A DNA stretch of 64,000 nt, from contig CP086569.2 of NCBI GenBank assembly GCA_009914755.4, positions 11,264,001-11,328,000 of the forward strand, in the 5' to 3' direction. Shown one piece after another: positions 25,591 through 40,485 of this stretch. Position numbers and translations under genes: made by a program. Source of the DNA: the human T2T-CHM13v2.0 reference genome, Homo sapiens. The stretch's first letter is position 1; each line of letters starts with the position of its first letter. A model generated the notes under the pieces. It worked only from the letters and a program-made list of their open reading frames with translations. It was not told where the DNA came from and made no database searches.

Positions 25591-27257
25591 AGCTGAGAAG
25601 ACTTCCTAATGCAGGACCTAAGTCTGCTCCCAATTATTCACATTAGAGGAATGTCAGGGTAGCAATGACATTGATAATCCCAAATCAATAGTATAGTCTT
25701 CTATTAAGTCTCTGGCTATAAACCAAAATATATTTACTGTGTACCAATTATACATGAGGGATCCCCCTAGGGTGCATGTGGCTTCATGTCCAGCGCACGT
25801 TCTTTCTTTGTAAGGAAGGCGCCATGCCATTGTCCACAGTTTTTGGAGCACCCTGTGTCCAACCACCTAACACAATCCCTGCCTAGGTCTCCTGGGGACT
25901 TTCGGCTACATGGAGTGGGTAAGGGCAGGAACTTCTCACCCTGTGTTTAGACACTTCACAAGGCAAAGACGACGGCACGAGCCAAGAAAAGGGGGCACCT
26001 GTTTCTTACTCTTGAGTCCCTAAAATGAGAGTGGGCTTTATAAGAATCCTGAAATTAGGAGTTTTCACAGAACATCTGGGTTTCAGTCATCTCTAGAAAA
26101 ATCACAGGCTACTGCCTCCTGAGCCCACTCTACCCACCTTGCAGCCATGTGGGTACCGAGCCGTGTGGCCCTCTGGACGGGGCAAGGGCAACATGATTCA
26201 CCCAGCCCCACCTCACTATGCCCTCTGCATGCTGGGAGCCACTGCCCCTCACCATCCAGGTACACTGAGGCTCACCCTGCACTCAACGCACCCACCCCAT
26301 CAGCCCTGGGCCCGGGCAGCAGAATAGTGGACCCTGTGCTAGTGTTTTATAACTGGGGGGCCCTGTGAGTGTTCAGGAACCTCCCAGGGAGGCCACGGGC
26401 AGTTCACCAGGAACCAACACTCTATGTCCAATTAGGAGAAAGCTGATACCCGCTGTTGAGTCCCAGCACTCTTCCAGCATGGGAAGAGCCTGCCGGGTAG
26501 CAGGGTGCACTGGAACCACATCCTCAGCAGGCACTCAGGCCTCGCCCCTCAGCTTTGCTGCCCAGAAACCTGACAGCAGCCACTCCTCATCAGATATCAA
26601 CCTCCACCTGTGGCTGTGATGCCACCCTATTCCACCCGTTTTTGTTCTTCATCCTCATTCTCCTGGGCCCTGCTGGGTTGGAAAGCAGCACAGGCATGAG
26701 GTTGAAGGGAAGGAGCCCTTCTTAAGTGGAGCAAAATCTACTCAGAGCTCACATCACTCATTGATGCAGAAAGAAGCCTAGTGTTGTAGCGAGGCCAGCC
26801 TCAGCGTCAACATCTGAAATACGGGAGGTGGGAGGAGCCTGCAGCTCAGAGCCCTGGCACAGAGCAGAAAAGGCCCACACTGATTCTGCCCCTGCTCAGG
26901 TCAGATAATGTCTGACTGGCAAGAGCAGGCGAGAGACCATCCAGGCTCCAAGCTGTTTCCAGGGGTGTGTGTGTAGGAAGCCCCCGTCAGTGGACAGTGG
27001 ACACCCAGTGAACACATGCTGGGTGGCCGGCCAGGGCTCCTGATCACAGACACCCACAAGAGCAGTCAGGGGGACATGAAGGGGTTGAGGCTGGCAGAAT
27101 GTGGTCCCTCAATCAGCCAGGCAGCAGCATTCCCACTCTGGCCACAGCTGGTAGGTAGGAACACAGGTCTGGTGTTGCCAGGCCTGCAGATATCTTTTAG
27201 ATATGTCAGATTTGACCAAAAAAAACATGAAATTTAGAAACATTGGAAATTCACTTT

Positions 27258-27550
27258 GTTTTTTATTGAGACAGAGTCTCACTCTGTCACCCAGGCCAGA
27301 GTGCAGGTTTTCAATCTCGGCTCACTGAAACCTCAGCCTCCCATGTTCAAGTCATTCTCCTGCCTCAGCCTCCCAATTAGCTGGGATTACAGGTCCCTGC
27401 CACCATGCCTGGAGAATTTTTTGTACTTTTAGTAGAGACGGGTTTTCACCATGTTGGCCAGGCTGGTCTCAAACTCGTGACCTCAAGTGATCCACCTGCC
27501 TCCACCTCCCAAAGTGCTAGAATTACAGGCATGAGCCACCACGCCTGGCC
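27258..27550 (-). mobile_element. Alu (minus strand)
   Basis: gagacagagtctcactctgtcacccaggccagagtgcagg..cctcccaaagtgctagaattacaggcatgagccaccacgcctggcc. Confidence 0.9.
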
Positions 27551-28825
27551 AGAAATTCACTGTTTTTAACGGATTACTTTGCAGGCCACATAGTACACAT
27601 CTACAGCTGGCCCTGAGTCCAGGAACAAAACCAACAGCCCACAGCAGGAAGGACGGCAAGGAGGGGCTCCTGAGGCCACAGCCCCTGCTTCTGCCAGTGG
27701 ACATCTTCACCCCCTAGGACTCCTGTGTCCCCTTAGTACCGGCTCTGGGGGTGACGGTGAAAACAGGCGCATCTGCCCCCAAGCCATGGTGCAGAAGGGC
27801 CCCGGTGCTTGGTCTGAAGAGGAACTGGGATTTTGTGCAGAAGCAGGTGAGCAGACAGGAGGAGAAGGCTGGGTCACACTTCCTGGGCTCTTTCCAGAAC
27901 CATCCTGGGAGCTCATGGCCAGAGATCTGACTGGGAGGGTCTTGACCTTGGTAAGGGGCTTGAGTAACATGATTAGCAGCTTCCTGGGAACAGCAGACAC
28001 CTGATCACTGCCTGGGAAAACATTTAATTATTAACTCCCGGGTGGAGAGCCACCGGGCATGGCAGACGGCACAAGTCCCATCTGCGTTTCAGACAAACAA
28101 CAAAGACACTTTACTGCATGTCCCAAATAATTGCAGGGGACATCCTTACATTAAAAAACTCTCTGCTGTTCATCTGAAATTCAGGCAGAACTGGGTGTGC
28201 TGCATTTTATCTGGCAACACCATGGGAGAGCCAGGGGGGCTGGGCTGAGTTCTCTTACCCCGTGAGGCCCAGCACGCCGGGAGGCTCCGCAGAGAGAATG
28301 AAAGCAAAGCCGAAGACGCAATCTGAAATCCTGGCTTCCCCAGGAAAAGCCAGTGCCAGGTCAGAGGAGAGGAAGGTTGCTCACCTACCCGGGCAACCGT
28401 TTTCTATGTAACTGATCTCTTGGGTGGGTGGGGGGTGGGGGGAGAGGCTATAAAATCCCAGGTCCATGAACTTCAATGACTCTTAGTGTGTGTATCTTTC
28501 CTTGGCCCTCCTAGGGTAGCTACTAATGAGGAGAAAAGAAAATCATCACAGTCAAAGCAAGTTCAACAAAAACTTAGCATTTTGCTGCTAACTTACTCCA
28601 AGAAAACCTAAAATCCTCAACTGGCTCATTCGTCCTCCAATACCTCTGATGAAAAGGTAGAGAGACTTTTCCACTAATTATTTCAGCCACTGTGAAAATA
28701 TGAAAGCTGACCTGGGAGAGAAGATACATAATAAAAACAAACAAAAAACCTCACAGCCAGGGCTGACTTTGTCAAGGTTAGAGTTGCAAAACCTTTGTAA
28801 ACACCTTTAAAAGTGCAAGAGTTCA

Positions 28826-29172
<347 letters not shown>

Positions 29173-29814
29173 TTAAGATACTTTTTCACCATAAGAAGGT
29201 TTTTATTGATATGGAATCTCTGAGAGACACCCTGTGTGTGAAACACATGGAAACCGAGATTTTGTGACTAAACATTTCATTTATTTTGCGCATTCCTGTG
29301 TAAAATGCGCCCGTCCTCAAGGCAGTGAGGACCCCGAGGCTACCCTGGTGCCATTTACAGACATTTAAACTCGGGGTCAAATGGTTGCAGGACTGACAGC
29401 ACTCCATGGGAACCCGTGGAACTGGAACAGAATATTCAAGGAATCCAGGTTCCATCGGATGTTAGAAAATTGCCGTTCTAGGAGCTGACATAAACATAGG
29501 GCTGAGGGCAATTGCGAGGGGGTGGGCTTCAGGGAAGGGTGGGCCGCCAGCCAGTCCAGAGTTGGCAGGTGTGAGGGAAGAGGAGGCCAGCCAGGTGTGA
29601 GGGAAGGGGAGGCCAGCCAGGCAGAGGAGAGAAAGGCATGCCGGCTTCCTTCTGTTCATTTAATCCACTGTTCTCCTCCCCGCACCTGCAAAACACATCA
29701 GCTGAGAAGGAGCTAGAACACAACATATGGGGGCCCTGGCCAAGGGAGTGGACTGCTCTGGAAGTTGCTGCAAAAGCAGACCTTCTGACACACTGCCACA
29801 AATACTGGAGGGCT

Positions 29815-30590
29815 GAACTTACCCCTGCCCACACTACCGGAGGGGAGGACCTACCCCTGGCCCACACTCCCAGAGGAGGGATGGACCTACCCTGCCCACA
29901 CTCCCAGAGGAATGGACCTACCCCCGCCCACGCTCCCAGAGGGATGGACCTACCCCAGCCCAGTCTCCTGGAGAGATGGACCTGTTCCGCCCACACTCCC
30001 AGAGGGGTGGACCTACCCCAGCCCACGCTCCCACAGGGGTGGACCTATCCTGCCCACGCTCCCAGAGGGGTGGACTTGCCACAGCCCATGCTCCCACAGG
30101 GGTGGACCTATCCTGCCCATGCTCCCAGAGGGGTGGGCCTACGCCCATCCAGGCTCCCAGAGGGATGGACATGCCACACCCATGCTCCCAGAGGGGCGGA
30201 TCTACTCCACCTAGGCTCCCAGAGGGGTGGATCTACCCCAGCCCACGCTCGTGGAGGAGTGGACCTATCCCCACCCATGCTCCCGGAGGAGGGGTGGACC
30301 TACACCAGCCCACACTCCCAGGGGAGGGGTGGACCTACCCCAGCCCACACTCCTGGAAGTATGAACCTACCCCAGCCCACACTCCCGGAGGAAGGGTGGA
30401 GCTACCCCAGCCCACACTCCCAGAGGGATGAACCTACTCCAGCCCATGCTCCCAGAGGAGGGGTGGACCTACCCCAGCCCATGCTCCCGGAGGAGGGGTG
30501 GACCTACCCCAGCCCACGCTCCCAGAGGGATGAACCTACCCTGTCCATGCTCCCAGAGTAGGGATGGACCTGCCCCTCCCATGCCCCCCG
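29815..30590. repeat. Minisatellite of about 21 units, 36-37 bp (consensus about CCCACGCTCCCAGAGGGGTGGACCTACCCCAG[C])
   Basis: Regular repeat ..cccacgctcccacaggggtggacctatcctgcccacgctcccagaggggtggacttgccacagcccatgctcc.. The stop-free multi-frame ORFs 29638..30561 (307 aa), 29912..30214, 29976..30431 and 30428..30721 are repeat artefacts. Confidence 0.9.
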
Positions 30591-31124
30591 CCACGCCCTC
30601 AACATGGAGAAGCCACCAGCCCCCAGTAACTGAAGCAGAACCTGGCGGGGAGGTCTGGGGATCCGACCACATCAGTGCTGGGATTCAGTCTAGCACCACC
30701 TCTTCCTGCAGTCTTGCCTAGAAGCTGTCCCCCAAACCCGCCCTGCCCCACTACTCCTCAAAGCCCCCCAGAGAGGTGGCCCATCCCATCCACCCCAAAT
30801 AGAGTGACTATGGCTGTGTCCACATGAAACCACGTGGCAACCCCACGTCAGGGCTGTGCCTTCTGCCACGTAGGCCCCAGGAATCAGCATGGCATTAGAC
30901 TCACTGTGAGCTGAACTGGGTCCCCAGCTCAAATCCGTATGTGGAAGTCTGAATCTCTGGGGCCTGGGAAATTGACAGTATTGGAGACAAGGCCTTTAAA
31001 AAGTAGTTAAGTTTCCACAAGGTCTTACAGGTGGGCCCTAATGCAAGGCTGGTGTCCTTACCAGAAGAGGAACTCTGGACACACAAGAGTCACCCAGGGG
31101 TGCAAGTGCACAGAGGGATGATCA

Positions 31125-31290
31125 TGGGAAGACACAGCAAGAAGGCAGCCACGTGCACACCAGGGAGTGAGACCTCAGGAGGACCCAGCCCTGCCACACC
31201 TTGATCTCAGACAAACAGCCTCCAGAACTGTGAGACCATCAATGTCTGTCATCTAGGCTGCCAGTTCTGTGGTGCTTTGTGATGGCAGCC
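31125..31290 (+). mobile_element. Fragment of the same LTR-type repeat family (internal/3' portion)
   Basis: ..acacagcaagaaggcagccacgtgcacaccagggagtgagacc..caccttgatctcagacaaacagcctccagaactgtgagaccatcaatgtctgtcatctaggctgccagt.. matches the 'gacacagcaagaaggcagccatctgcaagccagg..ccttgatcttggacttcccagcctccagaactgtgag' portion of the family. Confidence 0.45.
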
Positions 31291-32039
31291 CGAGCTGACT
31301 CCTCCAGTCCCCAGGACCCTCCTGATAGGTTTGTGAAACAGATGCATGGAACAAACAGATTTCTGAAAAGAACCTCCATCTATCCAGGTTTCCTGGGATT
31401 TCCCTAATCACCATCAGACAAACACTCTGTTGCCAGCCCCGCTGGCATCTCGGGATGAACTCAGGAAACGGGATCCTGCCTCTGAGTTTCTGCCCTCCAC
31501 TGGTGTCACCATCTCCTGCCCTGAGTTTCTCTCCCTGTTCAGCCAAATCCTTCCCTTTCAGACTCGTTCTACCCCAGGTCAGTACCAACTGCCTATGGTA
31601 CACAAGCTCCCCTTCCTCTCACCTCAGAGGGCCTGGAGTCAACGCCTAATTCCACATCTAATTCCTTCCTAAACTGTGCCTCCTGACTCCAGCTCTGACA
31701 ACTAATTCCATTACACATACACCCTCAAACCCTCCTCTGGACATATACATTTGTGAAATGTAACTGGATAGAACAAAAACACACAGGTCATTTTGCTGCT
31801 GAATTTTTAAGAGGGCTTTATATAGCAGTGTCTCAGAGAGAGGGGTAAATGCAGCATTTCCCAAGTGCCCCTGCCCCAGACATTCTTTTCCCCTGGGGCT
31901 CATAAACAATCTCCCACAACAGGAAGAGAAGCTATGGTCTGAGTTGCCCATGGGCCTTTCCTTGCTAGACTCAAGATCTTAGAAGCAAAAGCCAATCACA
32001 AACCTACAATGCATGGCCCATTGAGGCCAGCACCCTGCC

Positions 32040-32200
32040 AAGTATTATCGCCTGAAAGAGGGATAGCATTAGGAGATACATCTAATGTAAATGACAAGTA
32101 AATGGGTGCAGCACACCAACATGACACATGTATACATAAGTAACAAACCTGCACATTTTGCACATGTACCCTAGAACTTAAAGTTTAATAAATATATATA
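32040..32200 (+). mobile_element. L1 extreme 3' end fragment, sense
   Basis: gagggatagcattaggagatacatctaatgtaaatgacaagtaaatgggtgcagcacaccaacatgacacatgtatacataagtaacaaacctgcacattttgcacatgtaccctagaacttaaagtttaataaa. Confidence 0.8.
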
Positions 32201-33119
32201 TGGAAAGACACTGACAGCAGGAACTCTGCAATGGTTCTCTATCTAAAAGAAGTGGGCTGTTGGGATATAACGGCTACTTCACACCTTCCTCTTAATACTA
32301 AAACCAATATCCCCAAATCAGAAAACAAACTACTAATAAATCAGATGCCTGAATTAAAATGATACGTCACTTAAGAGCACTCCCTTAGATGAATTGCAAT
32401 GCCTCACTGGTGCGTTCTATTAAGATATTGGGGTGTCCAGGTCTTGCAAAAGACTGGTGAGATGGTACATTCATTAGGTAAGTCTATTTCTCTGCCATGC
32501 CTCAGCATTCACGTGGGAGTGTGCCGTTTTCTCGGTGGCACCAGTGACCACACCACTAATGTGGTCTGCACTATCTTTCTTTGGCCAGACTCAACACAGC
32601 CTCCAACAGTCTCTCAGCTTCTGCTAGAAAAGCCAGAGAGAAGAGTCTGTCTGGCTTTCTAATTGGGCCTCAGTGGGTTTCTGTCCGGCTGCTGTAAAGA
32701 GCACGTGATTTATAAAGAAGGCTTCATTTTGTGACAGGGTTCCATTTCAATTCTCTTACAGCAGAATTCAAGGGGTTCTGGCCAGCTAGCATGAACCCTC
32801 TCTTAGCCTATTTGTGATATGCTGGCCTACCCATCTCACAGTTCTGCAGAAACCATTCACCATGACCAGAAAGGGAGTGACATGCCCAAGGTAAAAGGCT
32901 TCCTGGGAGACAACCTACAGAGAAGGAAACCAATCAAGACAACAGGTCAACAAACTCCTTCTGGGACACTGCCCCTGTGTGCAGCTCTTAAGTGTGGGTC
33001 CAACAAGGCCCTGTGTTCAGCAGGAACAAGAGGCCCAGCCACGGACAGCCTGGGGGGACACAAACCACCCCCAGTCATGACCAAAGTCTTGGAAAACTGG
33101 GAATAGAAGAGAATTTCCT

Positions 33120-34080
33120 GAACTCGAACAGAGAACCTACTCAAATCCTGTGCAAACATCAAAAATAAGTAAGCAAACAGATAACCGAATGCACTGTTTA
33201 TGGACTAAAAGCAGGGAAATCATTATTTTCAGATAATATGCTACTGTGAATAGAAAATCCAAGAAAATCTAGGGACAAATTAAATAATGTGTAACTATAA
33301 AACTAGTAGAAAAAAAGTCCAGCAAAATGCAAGATAAGAATATACAAAAGTTAACTGAATTGTTACATTAGCAATAAACAATTGAAAAACATTCAAAAAA
33401 CACTATAATACCACCAACAATAACCAAAGTCAACTAAAAAAAAAATCTAACACAATATGTGTGAGACCTTTATGGAGAAAAGTAATACTACATAGCATTA
33501 TCTTTTTGAAATAAAGAAATAAATGAAGGTAGACCCAAATAAATGAAGAGCTATACAATGATCATGGACATTAGGCTTTAATATCTTCAAGATGAAAATT
33601 CTCCACAAAATATAAACTTGATGTAACTTCTAATAAAACCCTGATAGGACTGTTTGTAGAACTTAACACTCTGATCTTAAAGCTCAAAGAAGACAGAGAG
33701 CCAGATAAAACCAAGATAACTCTGGAGAATAAGAGGACACTCATTCTACCAACTGCTGAGGCTTACCAGAAAAAGTTATAGTATAAAAACAGTATGGTTT
33801 AGACAAAGACAAATAGATGGATTTAAAAAGCACAGAACCTTAGTTTGGGCTTGTAAATATCAGACTCCCATATGAGTTGGGGGAAAGGGAAGAATTAATA
33901 AACCTATGAGGCTGACACTAGCAGGTACTCATATGGAAAAGATGAGAAATAGAGCCCCACACCACTCCAGACACGCAAATCCATTCCAGAAGCATTGACT
34001 ACTGTCACATGAAAAGCAACGCAACAAACCTCTAGAAGAAAAAGTAAGAGGCAATGCCTTCATGTAAGGTCCTGAAGACA
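33120..34080 (+). mobile_element. Old, diverged L1 (L1M-type) internal fragment, A-rich
   Basis: The A-rich sequence loosely resembles the L1 ORF1/ORF2 region (..aaaactagtagaaaaaaagtccagcaaaatgcaagataagaatatacaaaag.., ..aaattctccacaaaatataaacttgatgtaacttctaataaaaccctgataggactgtttgtagaacttaacactctgatcttaaagctcaaagaagacagagag..). The assignment is tentative. Confidence 0.5.
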
Positions 34081-34099
34081 GGATTCTGGCTGCTCAATA

Positions 34100-34620
34100 A
34101 ATACTGCTTTGTTGCTGTGTAAGAAGATAACACAGACTTAGTGGGTTAGAGCAACAGAAATGTGTGGCAATGCACTCTCATCATGCTGAGGTCAGAAGTC
34201 CTAAATGAATTCCACTGGGCTAAAGGCAAGGTGTTGTCAGAGCTGGCTCCTTCTCAAGATTCTGGGGAATAATCCACTTCCCTGCCTTTCTCGGATGTTG
34301 GTGGTGACCTGTACTCTGCCATTCATGGCCCCTTCCTCCAGTTTCAAAGTGGGTCACTCCTATCTCGGCTTCCATCTTCACATCACCGTCTGCAGCCAAA
34401 TCTCTGCAGCCAAATGTCCCTCTTAAAAATAATGACCCTTGTGATGACATTCAGGGCCCACCTGGATAACTCAAGATAATTCCTCCCATCTCAAGATCCT
34501 TAACTTCATCACATCTGCAAATCTCATTTTGCCATATGAGGTCGCACATTCAGAGGTACCAGAGACTAGGACCTGAATATCTTTGGGAGCCATTAATTAG
34601 CCAGCGACAAATATGTTCAA
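34100..34620. mobile_element. Ancient mammalian interspersed repeat (LTR/MER-type), family not assigned
   Basis: ..ccactgggctaaaggcaaggtgttgtcagagctggctccttctcaagattctggggaataatccacttccctgcctttctcg..tcaagatccttaacttcatcacatctgcaaatctcattttgccatatgaggtcgcacattcagaggtaccagagactaggacctgaatatctttgggagccatt is a well-known old repeat consensus (..atctcaagatccttaacttaatcacatctgcaaag..acattcacaggttctggggattaggacgtggacatctttgggg..). Confidence 0.45.
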
Positions 34621-34773
34621 CTGTTATTTGCTGAATAAAACAAGGAGAGAAAGAAGATGTTTCTTTCTACAAGGCATCGGGTATAAGGCATGAAGGGACA
34701 GAAAAATTGGACAATGTAAAAGTTAAGACTTCCATCAGACACAACAGTAAGAAGACACCTCAGGCCAGGCATG

Positions 34774-35043
34774 GTGGCTCATGCCTGTAATCCCAACACT
34801 TTGGGAGGCTGAGGTGGGTGGATCACTTGAGGTCAGGAGACCAGCCTGGCCAACATGGCAAAACCCTGTCTCTACTGAAAATACAAAAAAATTAGCTGGG
34901 CGTGGTGGTGCACACCTGTAGTCCTGGCTACTTGGGAGGCTGAGGCAGGAGAATCGCATGAACCCAGGAGATGAAAGTTGCAGTGAGCTTAGATCGTGCC
35001 ATTGCACTCCAGCCTGGGTGGCAGGAAAAAAAAAAAAAAAAAG
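34774..35043 (+). mobile_element. Alu (plus strand) with poly-A tail
   Basis: ggccaggcatggtggctcatgcctgtaatcccaacactttgggaggctgaggtgggtggatcacttgaggtcaggag..ccagcctgggtggcagg then an A-run. Confidence 0.9.
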
Positions 35044-35329
35044 AAGACACCTGAAAGGGACCTTTACAACATAGGACAGAGTGCTGTGGAAAATCTGGGA
35101 AGAATTCCTACAGGGCAAAAAAGAAACAATTCCAGATGCAAATGGGTACAGTCCATCACAGGGGACACCTGAAGGGCTAGTTGGCATGGGAGAACACATC
35201 CCAAAGGTACCAGGAAAACAAGCAATGCCAAGGCCCACAGTGAAAATGCAGTCTGAGGATGGGGAAGGGAATGCAAAGTGGGACTGTTCTGGAGGCTCCT
35301 GGGGACTCTGTCATCCCCCACTAAAGCAG

Positions 35330-35740
35330 CCCTCAAATTCTCACTGCTATGAACTGAACTGTCTTCCTCTAAAATTCGTATGCTAAGGCCCTAACCCCCA
35401 ATGTGATGGCATTTGGAGGTAGGACCTTTAAGAGGTAATTCAGGTTATGAGATTACAAGGGTGGGGTCCTGATCTCATAGGACTAGCATCCCTATAAAGG
35501 AAGAAACATCAGAGAGCCAGCATGTGTGTTCATGTGTGGTCACGCATTCCCATCTCCCTGCAACCAAACATGTGTGGACACAGTCAGAAGGTAACCCTCT
35601 GCAAGCCAGGAAGCAGTCCCTCACTGGGAGCTGAATCAGCCAGCTCCTTGATCTCAGAGGTCCAGCCTCCAGAAAGGTCAGAAAATAAATTTCTGCTAAG
35701 TCATCCTATCTATTCTGTTATAGCCTGAGCTGCCCAAGAT
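35330..35740 (+). mobile_element. LTR-type repeat, near full-length copy (same family as 2160-2335 plus 3563-3840)
   Basis: ctgaactgtcttcctctaaaattcgtatgctaaggccctaacccccaatgtgatggcatttggaggtaggacctttaagaggtaattcaggttatgagattacaagggtggggtcctgatctcataggact..cagagagccagcatgtgtgttcatgtgtggtcac..cctctgcaagccaggaagcagtccctcactgggagctgaatcagccagctccttgatctcagaggtccagcctccagaaaggtcagaaaataaatttctgctaagtcatcctatctattctgttatagcctgagc. Confidence 0.55.
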
Positions 35741-37850
35741 ACCCACCTTCTACAACATCATGTGTAAAACATAACAGAGTTGATGGGGAAAAAGTTGAGA
35801 AGGCCACTCTGACATATGCCATTTTGTCCCCAGAGCCCAGCAGAAACCAGGAAAATCCCTGCTGTGTTATTTCAGTTCCATCAATGACACCTTAAATGAC
35901 AGTCTATGTTGGCAGCCTTCATCCCTGGGCTGCTGAGCCTCCTGAGACATGTCTGCCTCCAAAGCAGATGGCTTCCAATAGAAACCAGTTGCTTCAAAAC
36001 TGAAAACTAAGTTTGCAGACAGCCTTCTTTAAGAAGTTTACTTTTGTTAACCACAAATAAAATTCTAAGTCCACCACCAATTGAAAGGATCCCCCAGCCG
36101 CTCTTCGCCAAGGGCATTCCAAAGTAAAACTGAAAAACTAGTTCAAGGCATGACGGGAAGTGGGGATTGAACATGCCTCATTATATGTGCCTCCCTTTGT
36201 AATTCAGGCACAACTGACCAGCGTTAACATTAAAACAAGAGATCTCAAGATGGACAAAATGGACTCTTTGTAGCAATAAGATACCAAATTCCAACGTGAC
36301 TCTAGTATAGCATCACATGATAGACAGCAGGTCCTGAAAGAAAACAACGTATTTTTTTTACCAAAATATATTTCTTTGACATATTTTGAAATGGCCCTGC
36401 AAAGCTGTCTCTTGTGGGGAAAATTTACACTCTGTAGAGAATCCCCTTACCTTTCCAGGCCTCTTCCTGATCCAGGAGAGATTAACTAAGAGGCTGGCAT
36501 CTTTTTAGGTCTGTTAAGAGACATTTACCCTCTATTCTCTGAGTCTGCTACCTGGAATCTTCTACCACATAATAAGAACCTTGGTCTCCACAACCCCTTA
36601 TCTCAAGCCAGACATTCCTTTCTATTGATTCCAGGTCTTTACATAATAACAACTCTTTCAACCAATTGCCAATCAGAAAATCTCTAAGAATCTACCTATG
36701 ACCTGGAAACCCTCCCCTGACTCCACTTTGTGTTGTCCCACCTTTTTGGACTGAACCAATGTACACCTTACATGTACTCATTGATGTCTTCCTATAACTT
36801 CTACCCCCTAAAATGTATAAAATCAAGCTGCAACCCAACTACCTTGGGCACATGTTCTCAGACCTCTGAGACTATAAAATGGGCCGTAGTCACTCATAGT
36901 TTGCTCAGAATAAACATCTTTAAATATTTCACAGAGTTGACTATTTTTCTTTGGCATTTACTTAGACACAGGAGGAAATGTCTTTGCAGTCTGTCCACAG
37001 GCAGGGCAGCATCCTCAAATCTGGTAGACAGTATGGAGGCTCCCTAAGCCATTGCAACAGCCTCTCTTTACACTGAATGAGACACCCCTGCAGCATTTTC
37101 TGCTTTTTGTTCTGGAGCATCACATGATCTCTATGGACACTTGGTGAATTAACCAATGAACTGGAAACAGCTTAAATCCACTATCTTATTCTACTTTTTC
37201 TTGCTATAACAAGATACCATAGGCTGGGTTATTTATAAAGAAAAGAAGTGTATTTCTTACAGCTCTGGATGCTGAGAAACTCAAGAGCATGATGCGGCAT
37301 CTGGTGAGGACCTTCTTGCTGCATCATGACACGGCAAAGGGCATCACATGGTGAGAGGGTGAGATCATGCATGTCAGCTCTGGTCTCTCTTCCTCTTCTG
37401 TTGAAGCCATAAGTCCCATCATGGGGACCCCATGCTGATGATCTTATTTAATCCCAGTGACCTCCCAAAGGCCCTACCTCCAATCGACAGATGAATTTGG
37501 GGATCAAGCTTCCAACACATGAAATTTGAGGAACATGTTCAAACCGTAGCAGCCACCAACAGGAAACTAAGTAAATGATTGTATAGTAATACCAGGTAAA
37601 ATTATAGAACAGTAAAGAGAAATCAAGTAACATACATTGGCATGTGACAGTGAAATGGGGAAATGTCAATTTCAAAAGAATAGATACATTTATCTAAACA
37701 CTTTCATACATGAATTAAAAATATAGATGGCAATGGCTATCTTCCCCTATCTATAGCCCAACTTCAAAACAGTGATTGCTGCTTTAAAACAGGGAAAACT
37801 GATAGAACAAGTGGCAGTTATCTCAAAATAAATAAATAAATATATATAGT

Positions 37851-38274
<424 letters not shown>

Positions 38275-40032
38275 CTACTTTTCTGTGTTTATAATGCTTT
38301 TAACTAAAAATAAAAACTTTAGAAATTAGATGACCATGGCACAGGGTCTGCCTGTAATGGTCTTTCCAGTGCAAGCCCTTGATATATCAAATCTGTTCAT
38401 TTTGGAAGCTGGACAGATGTGCTTGTGGGGGGATCTCAGTGGATGAGAACATGGCAGGCTGTGCTGCTGCAGGGAGGCAGAGCTGATGCTTCTTGAGGGC
38501 TTCCTGCAAGTCAGCCTACCAGCTAGGCCTACATTTTAGTATCTCTTGTCAGTCCCGGGAGAATGTGATAGGAGGACGTTGTGACTTCCCCTTATCTGAT
38601 AGATAAGGAGCCTTAGAAGATAAGCTCCTGGTGCATCACAGCCAGAAAGAGAGGCATCTCACCCTCAATCCAAATTCAAGATTCTCCAGACAATTTTCAA
38701 AAAATAGTCTGCTTGTGCAAAAAGGAGCTCAGTGGAAACTGCCCCAAATCTTTGCAGTGAGAGGTCTCAGAGGAGTGAAATTTGAATCAATTCACTCCCC
38801 ATCTTTCACGCAAATCACACACCCTCTTCAACAGGGAGGCTGGAGGAGGACAGAAGGCAGAATGCAAAATATCTATACATGCGTGCTTTTTATTGTGCAC
38901 TTCTAAATTAATAGGTTTTATTTTTCTAGAGCAGGTTTATGTTTATAGGAAACTGAGCTGATAGTACAAGAGAGTTCCCACTGATCCAGTTCCTAGTTTG
39001 TAGTCTGTCTGCTCTAACAAATCTGTTGCACTTAGGATCTAAAAGGAAATGTAAAATCAAAATACAACCCTTCCAGATGCCAGTGGCCTCCAAATTTTCA
39101 GGTGCCCTGTGTTTGTTCCTCAGCCTCCCGTGATTGGCTTGGGTCCATCTGGAGAGTTCTGGCTCCTGGGTTGTGAATGTAAGGGAGGGGTGTGGCAGTC
39201 GAGACTAGCCACTAAAATCATCCCCAAGTACAAGCCAAGTTCTTAAAATCCCAGTACCTGGCAGTAGAGGGCTGGGAGATTAACTGGCCTTTGAAGATTA
39301 AATATCACAGCACATTGCATCTCAGCAGTGTCTGTCTAGGCAGAGGGGCTTTGGCATTAAACAGACCCAGCAACCTAGGCTACTGCAGAGAAGACAGAAG
39401 CATGACCAGGTTCTATTCCAGCTCCAGACCTAACACCAGAGCAGCCACAGAATAACCCAGCAGGCCCCAGTGTCCCCAGTGAGGGGCTGACCGCAGGGTG
39501 ACCCACCTAAGACACCTCCAATTCACAAAAGGGCCTCATGACAGCTGCTGCACCTTCTAAACTATGGGTTACCAGAAACTAAGTTAAATTACTGTGCCTA
39601 GGAACTGGGAACATCACACAACAAAATCACACAGCTCTGAGACCTCTATGGAGCGATGAAATGTCACTGGTAAACTAAGATGTGCCTGTTACTAAACATA
39701 TTTAGTGTACAGATGTGCTTGTAAACTAAACAGATTTCAAATCAAGGGTAAGAACTCTCGACAGCTTTCTGTGCCGCACCCAATTCCATCAAAAGCCGGC
39801 CTCAGGCATCTATCTGTTGGGGGCCTAGGAGAGATGCCAAGTCCTTGAGTCTGAAGGGCACTTTCCAATCACCTGCTTGGGGACGGCCTTGACTCCACCA
39901 TGAGTGGGACTGTAGCTACTCCATCCTGCCATCATCTGTAATGACAGTATTTAAGCCGGAGGTGGGTTCCTTTAATTCCTATTATTCCAATGTTTGTGGG
40001 AACCCAGCTGTCCTTTGCAATCTTAACTTTAA

Positions 40033-40485
<453 letters not shown>

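Noticed and set aside
22993-25633. Three very long minus-strand ORFs (696, 612 and 806 aa) and several plus-strand 100-330-aa ORFs that look like a large gene
   Set aside because: They lie entirely in the 2.5-kb polypurine tract. The translations are pure S/P/L or G/R/E low-complexity, and every frame is open simply because the GA-only sequence cannot form stop codons on those frames. There are no splice or exon features, so it is not coding.
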